Shown here piece by piece: positions 1-11,081 of a DNA stretch of 64,000 nt. The stretch is taken from the NCBI GenBank assembly GCA_001179505.1, contig CDMY01000929.1:1-64000 (forward strand). Reading direction: 5' to 3'. The stretch's first letter is position 1, and the number at the start of each line of letters is the position of its first letter. The stretch comes from Vitrella brassicaformis CCMP3155 (taxonomy: Eukaryota; Protista; Chromerida). A model generated the notes under the pieces. The model was not told where the DNA came from. It saw nothing but the letters and a program-made list of their open reading frames with translations, and searched no databases. The translations under genes and the position numbers were made by a program.

Positions 1-1129
1 CATCAGCAGCATTGATAGCACGCGGCTGAAGAACACTTCACGGGGTGACAGCATGACGGTCCATCCTTCATAGTTTTCGTATTCTTCCTTCCAATGCTTT
101 GTGACGAGAGAGATGCAGTTGGCTGTCGCAATCATTGGCAGCAGAAGGAAGGAAAAGACACGAGTGGCCTGACAGAGAGGGGAAATCTCTTGTGCGGGTA
201 ACTTGTGTGACGACAGAGAGGGGCTCTGCCGACTCCAGCAGCAAAAACCACTTTTTTTGTTTGCCTGCAAGTGAGTCTCGGAAGTAGACCTCTGCGGTGT
301 CGCTGCAGAAATTGGCTGTGAGCGCCTGCACCGAGTGGACAATCAATGCGACAGTGAAGCCTGCTGTGTCTTTTGGTCATTATTTACCTCCTGCCAGTTG
401 GAAATCTTGGACAGGTCACTCAAGTTATAGAAGAACAAAAGACAAGCGATGTTCGGATGCGTGTAACATCCGATATTCTCGATTTTACTCTGTGAGGAAG
501 TCCTTCGGTCGTGTCTTCATCAGCTTGCGGAAGACGGCACAGCAGCGAAGACTGTCGAGGCCCACCGACTCAGAGTGGTCCTTCAGGAATCGCTTCGTGG
601 AGGGCACCGCCTCCTTAAGGATCTCCAGAGAGACAGAAAGCACTATGTCTTGTTCCTCTCCTTTCAGAACCACCGCCCCAGTGTAGACAAGAAACCGCAC
701 TGATCCCGCAAACTTCGACATCAGCTGCTCAATATGACGACGTCAAGCGTATCAGAAGCGAGACCGTTGGCGGGGATAGGTTCATTGTGCGGACCATTCC
801 GATGTTTGCATAACTTCAACGTCGGCCGGGGGGAAGTGGAGCAATATCATTGTCGACTCGTCTTGATTCTGCTGCAGACTCGCCATTTGAGACAGACCCA
901 TCGGCACCGTGCGGTGCGGGTGGCCAGGAGACATCATCGCCGTCGGCGTGTCCCTGAGACCTGCATGATGGGCAGGAAGCGCGTGACACCGTGCAGCCTC
1001 AGTCGAGCGGCTTTTCTTCTGTTCTGTCATCGTGTGTATAGGCTGCGACAGGGTGTGCAATGCAGTTTTGTCGCGCAATGCGTCAGATGCCTGTGTTCCC
1101 TTCTGTCTGTGTTTGCTGTGCCTGTCTGA

Positions 1130-1335
1130 AAACGTGCGACGTACGTCATATATACACACTCCGAGTCCAAAGGTGCATGCGCACACCTGCGCGCAGGTGC
1201 GCGCACAGAGACAATCATCATATACACACACTCCAAGTCGACGCGTGCATGCGCCGGAGGTGGGCGCACACAGACATTCATTATATATTCACATTCCAAG
1301 TCTGAACGTGCATGCGCAGGTGTTCGCACACAGAG
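1130..1335 (+). repeat. ~60-bp minisatellite, about 3 units (ATATACACACTCCAAGTC..ACGTGCATGCGCAGGTGTGCGCACAGAGACA..)
   Basis: The tandem unit is directly visible; the same unit recurs at 2445-2652 (same orientation) and 2655-3610 (inverted). Confidence 0.9.
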
Positions 1336-1367
1336 AGACAAGTGAGAGTGAAGAAAGTGTGAGGATG

Positions 1368-1752
1368 ATGGAGCAGGGATGCTCTGAATGCCGGCATGAT
1401 CACTTCTATCTGAAAGCTCTGGTGCCTTCATGTGACTGAGTGACTGTACAGTAGAGTCGACATCTGAAGCTAGAAACTTGTCTATCGAGCTTCTGATGAC
1501 AGCTGCGATGCTCCTTCTTCTCTTGTGGATTTGCTTGTATATGGTTGCTTCTCAGTGTGCCCGATTGTTTTGCGTCTCAAGAGGGAGGATGCGGATTGCT
1601 GTGGGCTGGTGCATCCTCAGTCATTTTTCAGTTCACTTTCGTCTTCTGGCAAACGACTTATGGCAGAAAGACCGAGGGAGAAGAGGTAGTGAAGATAATG
1701 ATACATGGAGCAGGGATGCTTTGAATGCCGGCAAAATCAATCTTATCTGAAA
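1368..1752 (+). repeat. Unclassified AT-rich dispersed repeat, copy 1
   Basis: The motif ATGGAGCAGGGATGCT(C/T)TGAATGCCGGCA occurs at 1368 and 1705. The block between them (about 1478-1650) aligns by eye to about 22225-22400. Confidence 0.75.
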
Positions 1753-2444
1753 CGATTCCGTGACATCAACACATCGTTGATTTCTTAGTGGAGCTGACGA
1801 ATAGACGCTGTTTTGTCAGTCTGCTTGATAATTCTCATGCAGCTGGAGCTTCGATGCATGGAGGCGGCATTTGTGCGAAGAGTGCATATGATAAGACCGT
1901 CCAAAAAAGACGAAGTGGAAAAAATGAAGCCTGTACGGATCTCAACCAATGAAATGTTTGAAATCTTTCTTCCAAGTTCAACGGAGTTTTGCAGAGCCTG
2001 GGATAGACTGCTAAAGAGCCTGCGTCAGAGACTGTTCAAGCTTTAAACTCTGCCATCACTAACACTACAAATCGCCTTTTCTCGGCCGCATTCAAGAAAC
2101 GTAAAACAACACTTTTCTCGGAATGCATCCGAAAGGAGGTTTTTTGAAAGACTAGTCTCTCGCATGCATTCTCTCGGCTCCGAGAAAGTCTTTCACCCGT
2201 GATTGCGACAGCAAGATAAAACCTAAAGACCAGTGTCTGAAGGAGCCTGTTCGATGGTCCATTCCAGACTCTGAAAAGCTCTACTAACCTGCAAGATACA
2301 ACTAATGCTTTTAGAAGTGTTGCTACTTTCTTAATCATAGCAAAATGAAAGCCTGCAAAAAATGTATGTGGCACAGCCTATGGAGCGCTCCAGTTCTAGA
2401 TTGCTCGCGCAGTGTTCTTTCTTTCGCTATCAATTGTTTCGGTA

Positions 2445-2652
2445 TATTATATATACACACTCGAAGTCAACACGTGTATGCGCAGGTGTGCGCACAGAGA
2501 CATCCACCATATGCAGACACTTCAAGTCTAAACGTGCATGTACAGGTGCGCGCACAGAGATATTCTTAATATGCACACTCCCAACTCGACGCGTGTATGG
2601 GCAGGTGTGCGCACAGAGATATTCTTTATGTACACACACTCCAAGTCGACGC
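2445..2652 (+). repeat. ~60-bp minisatellite, about 3.5 units, forward orientation
   Basis: Same unit as 1130-1335; ends abruptly at GTCGACGCG, where the orientation flips. Confidence 0.9.
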
Positions 2653-2654
2653 GG

Positions 2655-3610
2655 GTGAATGTCTGTATGCGCATACCTGCGCATGCACGTTTGGACTCGG
2701 AGTGGTTATATCTGATGAATGCTTGTGTGCGCAGTGTGCGCACACTGCCCATACACGTTTGGACTTGAAGTGTGTGTATCTGATGAATGTCTGTATGCGC
2801 AACACTGCGCATGTACGTTTGGACTTGGGGTGTGTGTATCTGATGAATGTCTGTGTGCGCACAGTGCGCATGCACGTTTGAACTTGGAGTGTGTCTATAT
2901 GATGAATATCTTCATGCGCACACCTCCGCATGCACGTTTGGACTTGGACTGTGTACATGGCGCGTGCACGTTTGGACTTGGAGTGTGTGTATATGGTGAA
3001 TGTCCCTATGGGTAGACGATGAATGTCCCTATGTGGACACCTGCGCATGCACGTTTGGACTTGGGGTGTGTATCTGATGAATGTCTGTGTACGCACACTG
3101 CGCCTGCACGTTTGCACTTGAAGTGTGTGTATAAGGCGCATGCACGCGTCGAGGTGCAGTGCGTCTGAGATGAATGTCTGTGTGCGCACACCGCGCATGC
3201 GCGTTTGGACGTGGAGTGTGTGTATATGGTGAATGTCCCTATGGGTACACGGTGAATGTCCCTATGTAGACACCTGCGCATGCACGTTTGCACTTGAAGT
3301 GTGTATATGGCGCATGCACGCGTCGAGGTGCAGTGCGTCTGAGATGAATGTCTGTGTGCGCACACCTGCGCATACGCGTTTGGACGTGGAGTGTGTGTAT
3401 ATGGTGAATGTCCCTATGGGTAGACGGTGAATGTCCCTATGTGGACACCTGCGCATGCACGTTTGGACGTGGAGTGTGTATATGGTGAATGTTCCTATGG
3501 GTACACGGTGAATGTCCCTATGTGGACACCTGTGCATGCACGTTTGCACTTGAAGTGTGTGTATATGATGAATGTGTGAGTGCGCTATCTGCGCACGCAC
3601 GTCTGGACAC
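2655..3610 (-). repeat. ~60-bp minisatellite array in inverted orientation, with higher-order ~174-bp units
   Basis: The unit GATGAATGTCTGTGTGCGCACACCTGCGCATGCACGTTTGGACTTGGAGTGTGTGTAT is the reverse complement of the 1130/2445 unit. The variant GCGTCGAGGTGCAGTGCG recurs at 3146 and 3320. Confidence 0.9.
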
Positions 3611-3649
3611 GTCGAAAGCATCGTTACCGACATCTCACACACAATCTGT

Positions 3650-4193
3650 CTCTGACACAGTAGATCACATCGCAGAGCACAAAGAAGAGGCGCTGACTTT
3701 GAAAAAGGAGAAGAAGCCAGAAGGACGAGAGAAGTCAGGCGAAGCGGTCCTTTTTCAGGAAGGTATTCCACGATTTGAACGATTCAGGCCCTCGACTTTG
3801 ACAAGCTTCTTAACCACCCCCATCAATGGTGCACTGAGTGTTCTCGATGCAGTCAGACCATGTATCTGTCCTCCTTTAGAAAGATGAGCACGGAGAGAAA
3901 CAGAAGGTGCTTTGCTTCAAAAAGACGGCACGGATGAGAAGTGCAATGAAGATTCCAGCAACGCTCGTACGCGGCTTGAAAAAAGACAGTGGATGCAAAA
4001 TTGGAGGGCGGTGAAAAAGAGGAAAACAAAGCACTCCTCTTTCCATGCTATTAACGCAACCGTACTCTTGAGAGCAGCACTGTTGAGAGGCGCAATCGAC
4101 TTGAGACCATATGACTCTCGAAAAGCACTCAGTAGTACACATGCCCAATCATATGATGTCGAGAGCAAAAGAAAAGCGAGTACGTCTGGATGA
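3650..4193 (+). pseudogene. Possible degenerate coding remnant, unknown product
   Basis: Lys/Glu-rich reading frame; ORFs 3489..3887 and 3912..4193 are in frame across a single TGA. No recognisable domain. Confidence 0.25.
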
Positions 4194-4652
4194 CTAGGAG
4201 AAAACCGCTAAGAAAAGACAGTTCTCGTCATCCTTATCTTTCATACAGTTGTTGTACTCCTTATCGCGTAGAAGACCCGTCATGCCTACATGCCGAGCGT
4301 CTACATACGTACAAGTCGGAACGACGAAGGCACATGCAGTGAGACAAAAAAAAAGGAACATTCTGTATGAACCAAGAAATCACGAAAACAGTGTAACCCC
4401 ATACCACCATGCGCACTATGCGACAGAAGGAGGGAGGTCTCAAATTGACAGTAAGAAAGTACATAAGCGGCACTACAAGAAGGGGCTACTACGAAGCCTC
4501 CTTGCCAGACCTGCCCCCCTCTTGTGGAGATGCTGAAAGAGCACGATTTGTCCTGCACTTCGCGTCCGGACGCCTGAAGGACAACAGCAAGTAGCAACAG
4601 TCGGGAACGACTGGGCACTATGTCGGCAGACCACTGCTCTGTGTTCGTTTAC

Positions 4653-4919
4653 TTATTTTGCGGCAGTATGAGACTGCTCAATGCCGGTCACACCACCAGC
4701 AAGTTCACGGGGCACTTCTGCATTATCCTTGTGAGCCACTGCTCCTTTCGGCATGTCCTCTTGGGTCCGCAAGAGTTCACGACGCGTAGAGCGGCAGCAG
4801 GCACCCGATGGTAGGCAGTAAGGAGGAGAACATCCGGAACCAGGGCAAGGGACACACTGTTGCACCGACGGCTGAAGGACGGCCAGAAGAATGACGAGAG
4901 CCAAGACGAGCTTCATCAT
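4653..4919 (-). CDS. Small secreted cysteine-rich peptide precursor (88 aa, intronless)
   Basis: MMKLVLALVILLAVLQPSVQ (signal-peptide-like), then QCVPCPGSGCSPPYCLPSGACC (6 Cys), then RSTRRELL (dibasic site) and a polar tail ending in TAA at 4653. Confidence 0.6.
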   Translation of the reverse strand: MMKLVLALVILLAVLQPSVQQCVPCPGSGCSPPYCLPSGACCRSTRRELLRTQEDMPKGAVAHKDNAEVPRELAGGVTGIEQSHTAAK

Positions 4920-5175
4920 GCTTGCGGGGTGGATGAAGAGGTGTTCGAAAGAGGTGCTTTGTGACGAAGGAATTTGTCGATCCACAGGGAGAGGAGATGG
5001 AGAATGCTTGTGATATGAGCACGATCCAACGTGCGATATCACGGGTTCCGAGACGTGGCAAGATGGGTCATCCTTCTGTCCCAGGGATCTGTCAGTGATT
5101 CTGTGTGACACCTTCGTGGAGTGGACCTCCGCATCGTCTGTCACTGTCTTTTCTGTGGTGTCCTGACATCGTTTT

Positions 5176-7061
5176 GTGGTGCTGATGTCGGAACCGAGTG
5201 TTTCTGCTGCGGACGTCCAAGCAGCTGCTGCTGCTGCGCGTGAGTCTATCGCGGTGGAGCGAGAGCCGCCTGCCCTGCTACAAGCCGAGAGCGTATGTGA
5301 CTTGATTGGTGCTCTCGAGTCAGAGGTCGACATTCTCCGCCAGGCTGTCGAGTCGTTGGCCAAGCAGTCACCCGTCACCCACCTTCTTCCAGACTCCCCC
5401 CTCGCCAGATTCCGCTCGTCGGAGGTCACTGACGTGGTCCTCGAGGTCCTGCAGGAGCACGGCTTTGCCAGCCGCAAGCTGGAGTTCAAGGCGGAGCAGG
5501 GAGGGTAGATGACGGCGGGCAGGGCTGTGTTCGACGTGTCCAAGATCGATGAGCCGCATGCCGAGCGTCTCTTCCGCGCCATTCACGCCAGGTACGGCGA
5601 CTCCATGGACGACAAGCAGGCGGCCAGGCAGTGTCGTGACGTGTGGGACAAGACCAAGGACGTGGCCGCGGCGATGAAGCGCTCTTGGCTGGACGTCTAC
5701 GACAGGGCAGGGCGGTATGTGCTGTTTGGCGGGGTGATCAGGCGGCTGGGCCAGGATGTGTTTGCTGAGGTGGATCAGGACATCTTGCTGGCCCTCCTGC
5801 CTCGCCTCCTCATTCATCAGAACAGGTTCGACGAGAGAGGGCAAGCCAGGAAGGGAGGGAGTATCGCGGTGGTGGGGCTTTGGGGCCGATGTGTGCGTGT
5901 ATGTGTGTGTGTGTGTGTTGGGGGGTATGTGTTTGTGGCTCCTGTTGTTTTTCCTACCTCAGTGATTTGTCATTGCCTCACAAGAGGCCGCACACGGCCT
6001 CGTCTTCGTCCGCCCAATCCTCTCTCTCCTCCACCCACGCCCCCACTGCCGGCGCCACGCCTGCTCGTCCTCAGCAGCAGCAGGCGCGTCGCGACAGAGA
6101 CCGTGACTTTTGTGACAACTGCCGCTACGGCTATGATCGCGCATACCCCCACGGCCACCGCACCGGTCGCTGCCCCGACCCCTGGAAGCTCAAGTGCTTC
6201 ATCTGCAAGAGGGCTGAGCGTGCTGACTGCATTCATCGCTATGACCTGTGTCCGCTCAGGCCTCGCCCGTCGTCCCAGTCCCCGCCTCCCCCTCCTTCTG
6301 CGTCGTCAGCAGGCAAGTGAGGGAGAGGCTGCCGGCCTGGCGCATTTTTTGTGAATGCGTAGCGATGTGTGTGGGCGTGTGGGTAGCGTGTGTGTGTCCT
6401 TCCATTTTTCTTGTCGTCTCTATCGGCTCGTGCTGTCTTCCCAGGTTTGTCGCAAGCGGACAGTGTCCCGCCTCTCCCCTTGCCTGCGTCGTCAGCAGGC
6501 AAGTCGTCCAACTGGTGTGGGGATTGCGTGTTCGGGCGGGGTGTTGGTGTATGTGGGGCGTCTTCGATAGTCTGCCTGCTGGCTGTCTTGTCCGTCTTGT
6601 CCTGTTTCGTTTGCTTGCTTGCGGCTCTCCTCAGATGGGTCGCGAGCGAGTGCCGTCCTCTTGTCGCTTCCTTGCGTCCCTCCCCTCCACCCGCCATCAA
6701 CAGGCAAGTGTGGGTGGGGTGCGGCCTGTCGGTCAGCCTTCTGTCAGTCAGCCTTCTGTCGTTGTCTTTGTCGTTCATTCGTGTGTCGGACTCATGTCTT
6801 GCTTCTCAATGTATTTCTTGCCGGTCCCATCGCTGTCATTCTTGCCATCTTGCCTGCTTGCCATTCATTCCGGGTCTGAAGCAAGCAGGCGGCCTGTCAT
6901 TCGTCTCTTATGTCCAAGGCCGCTCATCTCTTCCGTCCACCCACCCTTTCTTTGCCCGCCGCCGGTCAGTTGACGATATGCAGATCGACACACATGACGT
7001 CTCCGTGGCTTCTAAGGTGCCCATTGCTGTGCCGCCCATCTCCAGCACGGACACAGGTTAG
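5176..7061 (+). pseudogene. Intron-containing gag-like ORF1 with two extended CCHC zinc knuckles
   Basis: Exons 5176-5840 (in-frame TAG at 5506-5508), 5963-6312, 6445-6498, 6635-6703 and 6970-7061 splice in frame via GC..AG introns. Knuckles are CDNC..H....CP and CFIC..H....CP. Confidence 0.7.
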
Positions 7062-7090
7062 CTGCCGCACTGGGTCAACAACCTCTTGGC

Positions 7091-8704
7091 TTGGGTTCGT
7101 CTGTCTTGTCTGCTCGTCCGTCTCTTCCCTCGTCGCCGTGGCTTCGTGGCCATCGTCTGCTTACGAAGGCAGCAAGACACTTGGGTGTTCCTCTTAGTGT
7201 GTGTCGGGCGTGGGCTGAGGGTGTTGATATGTTGCTTTTTCGCTCGCCGTCTCGGTTTTTCCATAGCAACCATTCCTCTGTCTATGAGTACGGTGATAAA
7301 GTAGCCAAGGTGCTAGACAAGGCAGAACAGAAAGGATACATTCAGCTAGTCGATCACCAGCCCTTCATCGTCAGTCCTCTCGGGGCTGTGCGCAAGTCGA
7401 CCCCCGGCGAAGTTCGTATCATTATGGACACGTCTATTTCGGATCTCAATGACTGCCTTTTTGTGCCTGACATCGTATTGCCGTCGATTTTCGATGCAAT
7501 TCGTCTTCTCAAGCCTGGTCATTACATGCGCCAGCTTGATCTTAAGGATGCTCATCAGCATATCTACATCAATCCTGCCGAGGCCGATTTGCTTGGGTTC
7601 AAGCATCCGTCTTCTGGCCGCTTTTATGTCTGGCGTTTCATGCCATTCGGCTTGAGCTCTGCTCCCTTTCTTTTTGTCAAAAGCATATCGTACTTGAGGG
7701 CAGTCCTCGTCTCTCTCGGGCTCGAGTCTCTTCTCGATGACTTTTTTGTGGAGGGCTCTTCATTCGATCGTTGCGACGGTCACATGCGTCTTGTCTCGGA
7801 TGTATGTGGGCGTGTGGGGTGCGAGATTAGTAAGGACAAGGTTTTTGGGCCTTTGCGCGACCTTGAGTCGGTCGGTTGGCTCATCGACTATCTCCTGCAC
7901 GCTGTCGATTATGGATAAGAAGCGTCAGAAGATGCTCTCTCGCTTGCAGCAGCTTTTGGATGTTCCGCCTTTTGGCCCTCCATTGTCGGTGGTCTTGAGT
8001 GTCATCGGCTCTCTCTCTCATCTGTGTGATATCTTGCCTGACGGTGCTTTCCATCTGCAGCCCTTGTTATCTCTCTCTGCTCAGTCTACTCCTTCTGCGT
8101 CCGTGCGGACGTCACACAAGCTGTCTGTCGCTTACAAAAATTAGCCTGTTCCATTGCCGGGTCAGGGCGACAGTTTTTGATCGCACTTGCATTGGTGGCG
8201 TGACCAACTTTCTGTTTGCCCGTTTCGTCGTCTGTTTGTCGGTGCTGACGGATTTCTTTTGTGGGATCCTCATTTAGACCCGGCTTTCGCTGTGCCGTCC
8301 ATTCTTTCCCTCCCTCCACCTGCACGTATTGTTGGGTCGCCGAATACCCCAGCTATCTTCGTTCTCCTCACTGATGCCAGTGAGGAGGGTTGGAGAGCGG
8401 TTTGGGGCGAGCATGTAGCCAGAGGCAGATTTTTGGTATCCCTAGATGGAACCACTCGCCCCTCTTGCCCCGCCTTCGCCTTTGTCGTCCTTCCAGCAAT
8501 TGGCGTGAGTTGGCAGCTGTTTTGTTTGCCCTTCAGCGCTGGGCTCCTTTCTGGCGGGATGGTTTAGTGGCTCTTGGGTCAGACAATAGCAATGTCGTGT
8601 CATGCATTAATAAGCGCCGCAGTTCTTTTCGCGGCATCATGCATGTCGCTCTTCTTCATTCGCATCTTCATTTCATGATGTGCATTATCTGTCGTCTTCC
8701 TTGA
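7091..8704 (+). pseudogene. DIRS-type reverse transcriptase / RNase H, frameshifted
   Basis: ORFs 7091..7918, 7737..8144, 8187..8567 and 8390..8704 carry consecutive RT, connection and RNase H motifs in different frames. The catalytic YxDD reads LLDD. Confidence 0.88.
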
Positions 8705-9156
8705 TTTCTCACATCGCGCAAAGGCTGCGCTTGCGTTTCACTTTGCATTTCGGCTGTCTTCTCCCGTCTGACTCGCCTGTTTCCGTCGCTTGCCATCCCT
8801 GCATTCTACTGTAGACCGAGTGTCCGGCCCCATTCTTCTGACTCCCTCTACTGGTTTGACCGTCCAAGCGTTCAATTTACGTTGCTCGTCTTTGCCAAGT
8901 GTCAATTCCCGGTAGTTGTGGTCATTCATAAGCCTCTCTCTCTTACTGCCACTCGCCTTGCCCACCGCTTTTCTGAGTTGCTGCAGTGGCCGAAAGGCTC
9001 TCGTGTATTGTCATTGGCAAGGATAGCTTCTGACGGCTCTGTTGTGCATTCTTCACACTGTCAGCCAGCCAAACATTCCCTTCCGGTCTGCTTTCTTATG
9101 CCCTCGCCTTCTTAACCTTCTTCTTGGTGTGTTTGTGTCTGTGTGTGTGTTGTAGG

Positions 9157-9900
9157 TCTCAGGCGATGTCGGCTATTTCTCTCTCTCACCCGCCCTACCG
9201 TCCGCTCCCGACATCTTTTTGTACATTCTGCGGTGGATCGGGCTTTATGTCTGTTGCCCCGTATCCATCTCCTCCCTTACTCGCACATGCACGCGTTGCT
9301 TGTATATGCCAATCGTCGGGCGTTTATGCGAGGATTGCGTCGTGTCTCTGACAATACTTACTGTGGTAAGCTCCCTATCCCACCCGTCGGTTGGCGTCTG
9401 GACGTGCGTATGTGGCTATGTGTGTATCTGCAGACGTCAGTCAATGTGCGGGTTATTCAGATGAGGGCAGTATGACCATTCAATTTTCCCTGGACAACAC
9501 ACATCTCATGAGGTCGGCAAAAAGCACCCTGACTCATGCCATCCATCGCGGTGCATTGCTGTCTCCTACTCAGGAGGGCCACAGGGACGCTTCCGCTGAA
9601 GGTTGCAGCAAAGTGATGGAGCGCACGTACGCAGCGTCAGCTCGTTGTGCAGAGGCCTTCGAGCTGCTTGGGGGTTACTGCAGCCTGATGGCCGTGATGC
9701 CCTTTGGTCAGGCCGCCAAGTACATCATCACGGTCGTGGAGGCGCACCTGGACAAGTAAGCACCACACACACACACACTGCATCACCAAGATGTGTATCA
9801 CTTGTAGGCCGTGTGCCTTAGGTTCCCGATGCGTTCACTTAATCCCGACGGCGCCGTCCAAGTGGGCCGCCTTCGCCAAACGCCTTCCACACTCTAGTGC
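9157..9900 (+). pseudogene. Multi-exon fragment of an uncharacterised family (paralogue of 18.8-19.1 kb)
   Basis: Exons SDEGSMTIQFSLD.. and ..FELLGG..MPFGQAAKYIITVVEAHLDK match SDEGRSTVQFPID.. and ..FQSFGG..MPIDEACKYIITVVES*LNK, with the same exon order and a similarly placed downstream donor. Confidence 0.65.
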
Positions 9901-11081
9901 AAAGACAGATGCATACACACAGTCACACATACATGCTCACTGGGGCGAGCCTTTTTTCTCGTTTTGCTGCGCATGTGTGCACCTATGCCAAGCGTGGATC
10001 ATCTGATCGTGTCAGTTTTGCGTGGATGTATGCATGAGTGTCGTCGCCGATTTTCCGCAGTCCTGTCGAGCGTGTCATTCCACTTCTAGTTCTGTCTGCA
10101 TCCATGTATACATGAAGCTGGCTTTTCTCCATTGCATGTAGGAGGGAGAGTGCACATCAGAGCGCTCGTTTCGTGTGCATGCACCCTCTCACACGTGCAT
10201 ACGTTTTTTCTTCATGCCATCTTTTTTCGATGCCGTCCGATAGATAGAGCCGTCAGTCAGTGCCATCCTGTGTCGTCCTCTTTGTATCAGCTAGGGCTGT
10301 GAGAGAGAGAGTAACTGCTTCCTTCTTTTGCATCAGTCAGTCGCTAGGTCAGTCGCCGTTCACCACACACCTCTTACATGCACGATGCCACGCTTGATGC
10401 ACATGCATGCACGCATAGATTATCTACGCACACGTGCACACACACGCACATGCTTACTGGGGCGAATCCTTCTCTCTCGCCTCGGTGCACATGTGTCATC
10501 ATGTGTGTGCGCATGTGTGCCATCTGCATCTATGTATGTATGCTTGTTGAGCGAGCCAGGCCACTCTCTGCGTGGCGGTGTTGTGTGGGATGTCCTCTGT
10601 GTGAGAGTCCACAGCGCGTGCGTGTCACATTACTTCTGTCTGCATGCATTCATAGGTGAGACTGGCTATTTTACATTCCATCGTATTGCTGAGCTGGCAT
10701 GATGCGTATGCCCAAGTGTGTGTCGATAGTCAAGACAGACAGGTGGATGAATTGTGATGCATGCATGCGTGTTTACGATGACTGGACGGGTGGGTGGGTG
10801 GCCTTGCGCATTGGCTGGCAACACATTACATGACTGCCACGCGCGTGTTTGCATTGCAATGAAGTAAATCAATGAAGTTGGTTGACTTGTTGATTGACTA
10901 GTCCGAGTTGACCATCTAAGTACACAATCGTGCAACATTCATGCATGAATTGAGGTGCTTCATCAACAGAGAAAGTTATACACGAAAGGCCACACCAGAC
11001 TCAGCCTTACTACACACACAAAAGACTCATCAGATCCGGCCACAGACGCAGCATCAGGCGCTCATCTGATCTGCCTGCCCT

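Larger units (their letters stand above)
5176..8704 (+). mobile_element. Decayed DIRS/Ngaro-type (tyrosine-recombinase-class) retrotransposon: gag-like ORF1 plus RT-RNase H
   Basis: The RT has DIRS-like motifs (NHSSV, SPLGAVRK..RIIMD, LDLKDA, MPFGLSSAP, LDDF) and the RNase H motifs are TDAS, NWRELAA, SDNSNVV. ORF1 with zinc knuckles lies upstream. Termini and tyrosine recombinase were not confidently found. Confidence 0.85.

Noticed and set aside
68-1000. Minus-strand ORFs 68..346 and 485..721 with protein-like composition
   Set aside because: They are interrupted by stops and have no identifiable motif; possibly old element debris, but not assignable.
2445-3610. Regular repeats resembling a CRISPR array, and many overlapping Cys/His/Val-rich ORFs
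   Set aside because: There are no unique spacers and no cas genes, and the context is eukaryotic. The ORFs are translations of the minisatellite.
4301-4618. Minus-strand ORF with a leader-like LLLLAVVLQA
   Set aside because: The hydrophobic stretch is short, there is no motif or paralogue, and the composition downstream is not convincingly coding.
7057-7266. Possible fifth intron (GTTAG..CCATAG) joining gag to RT
   Set aside because: The donor is phase 1 and the acceptor phase 2. The supposed intron also encodes plausible DIRS pol sequence (WAEGV..NHSS) in the RT frame.
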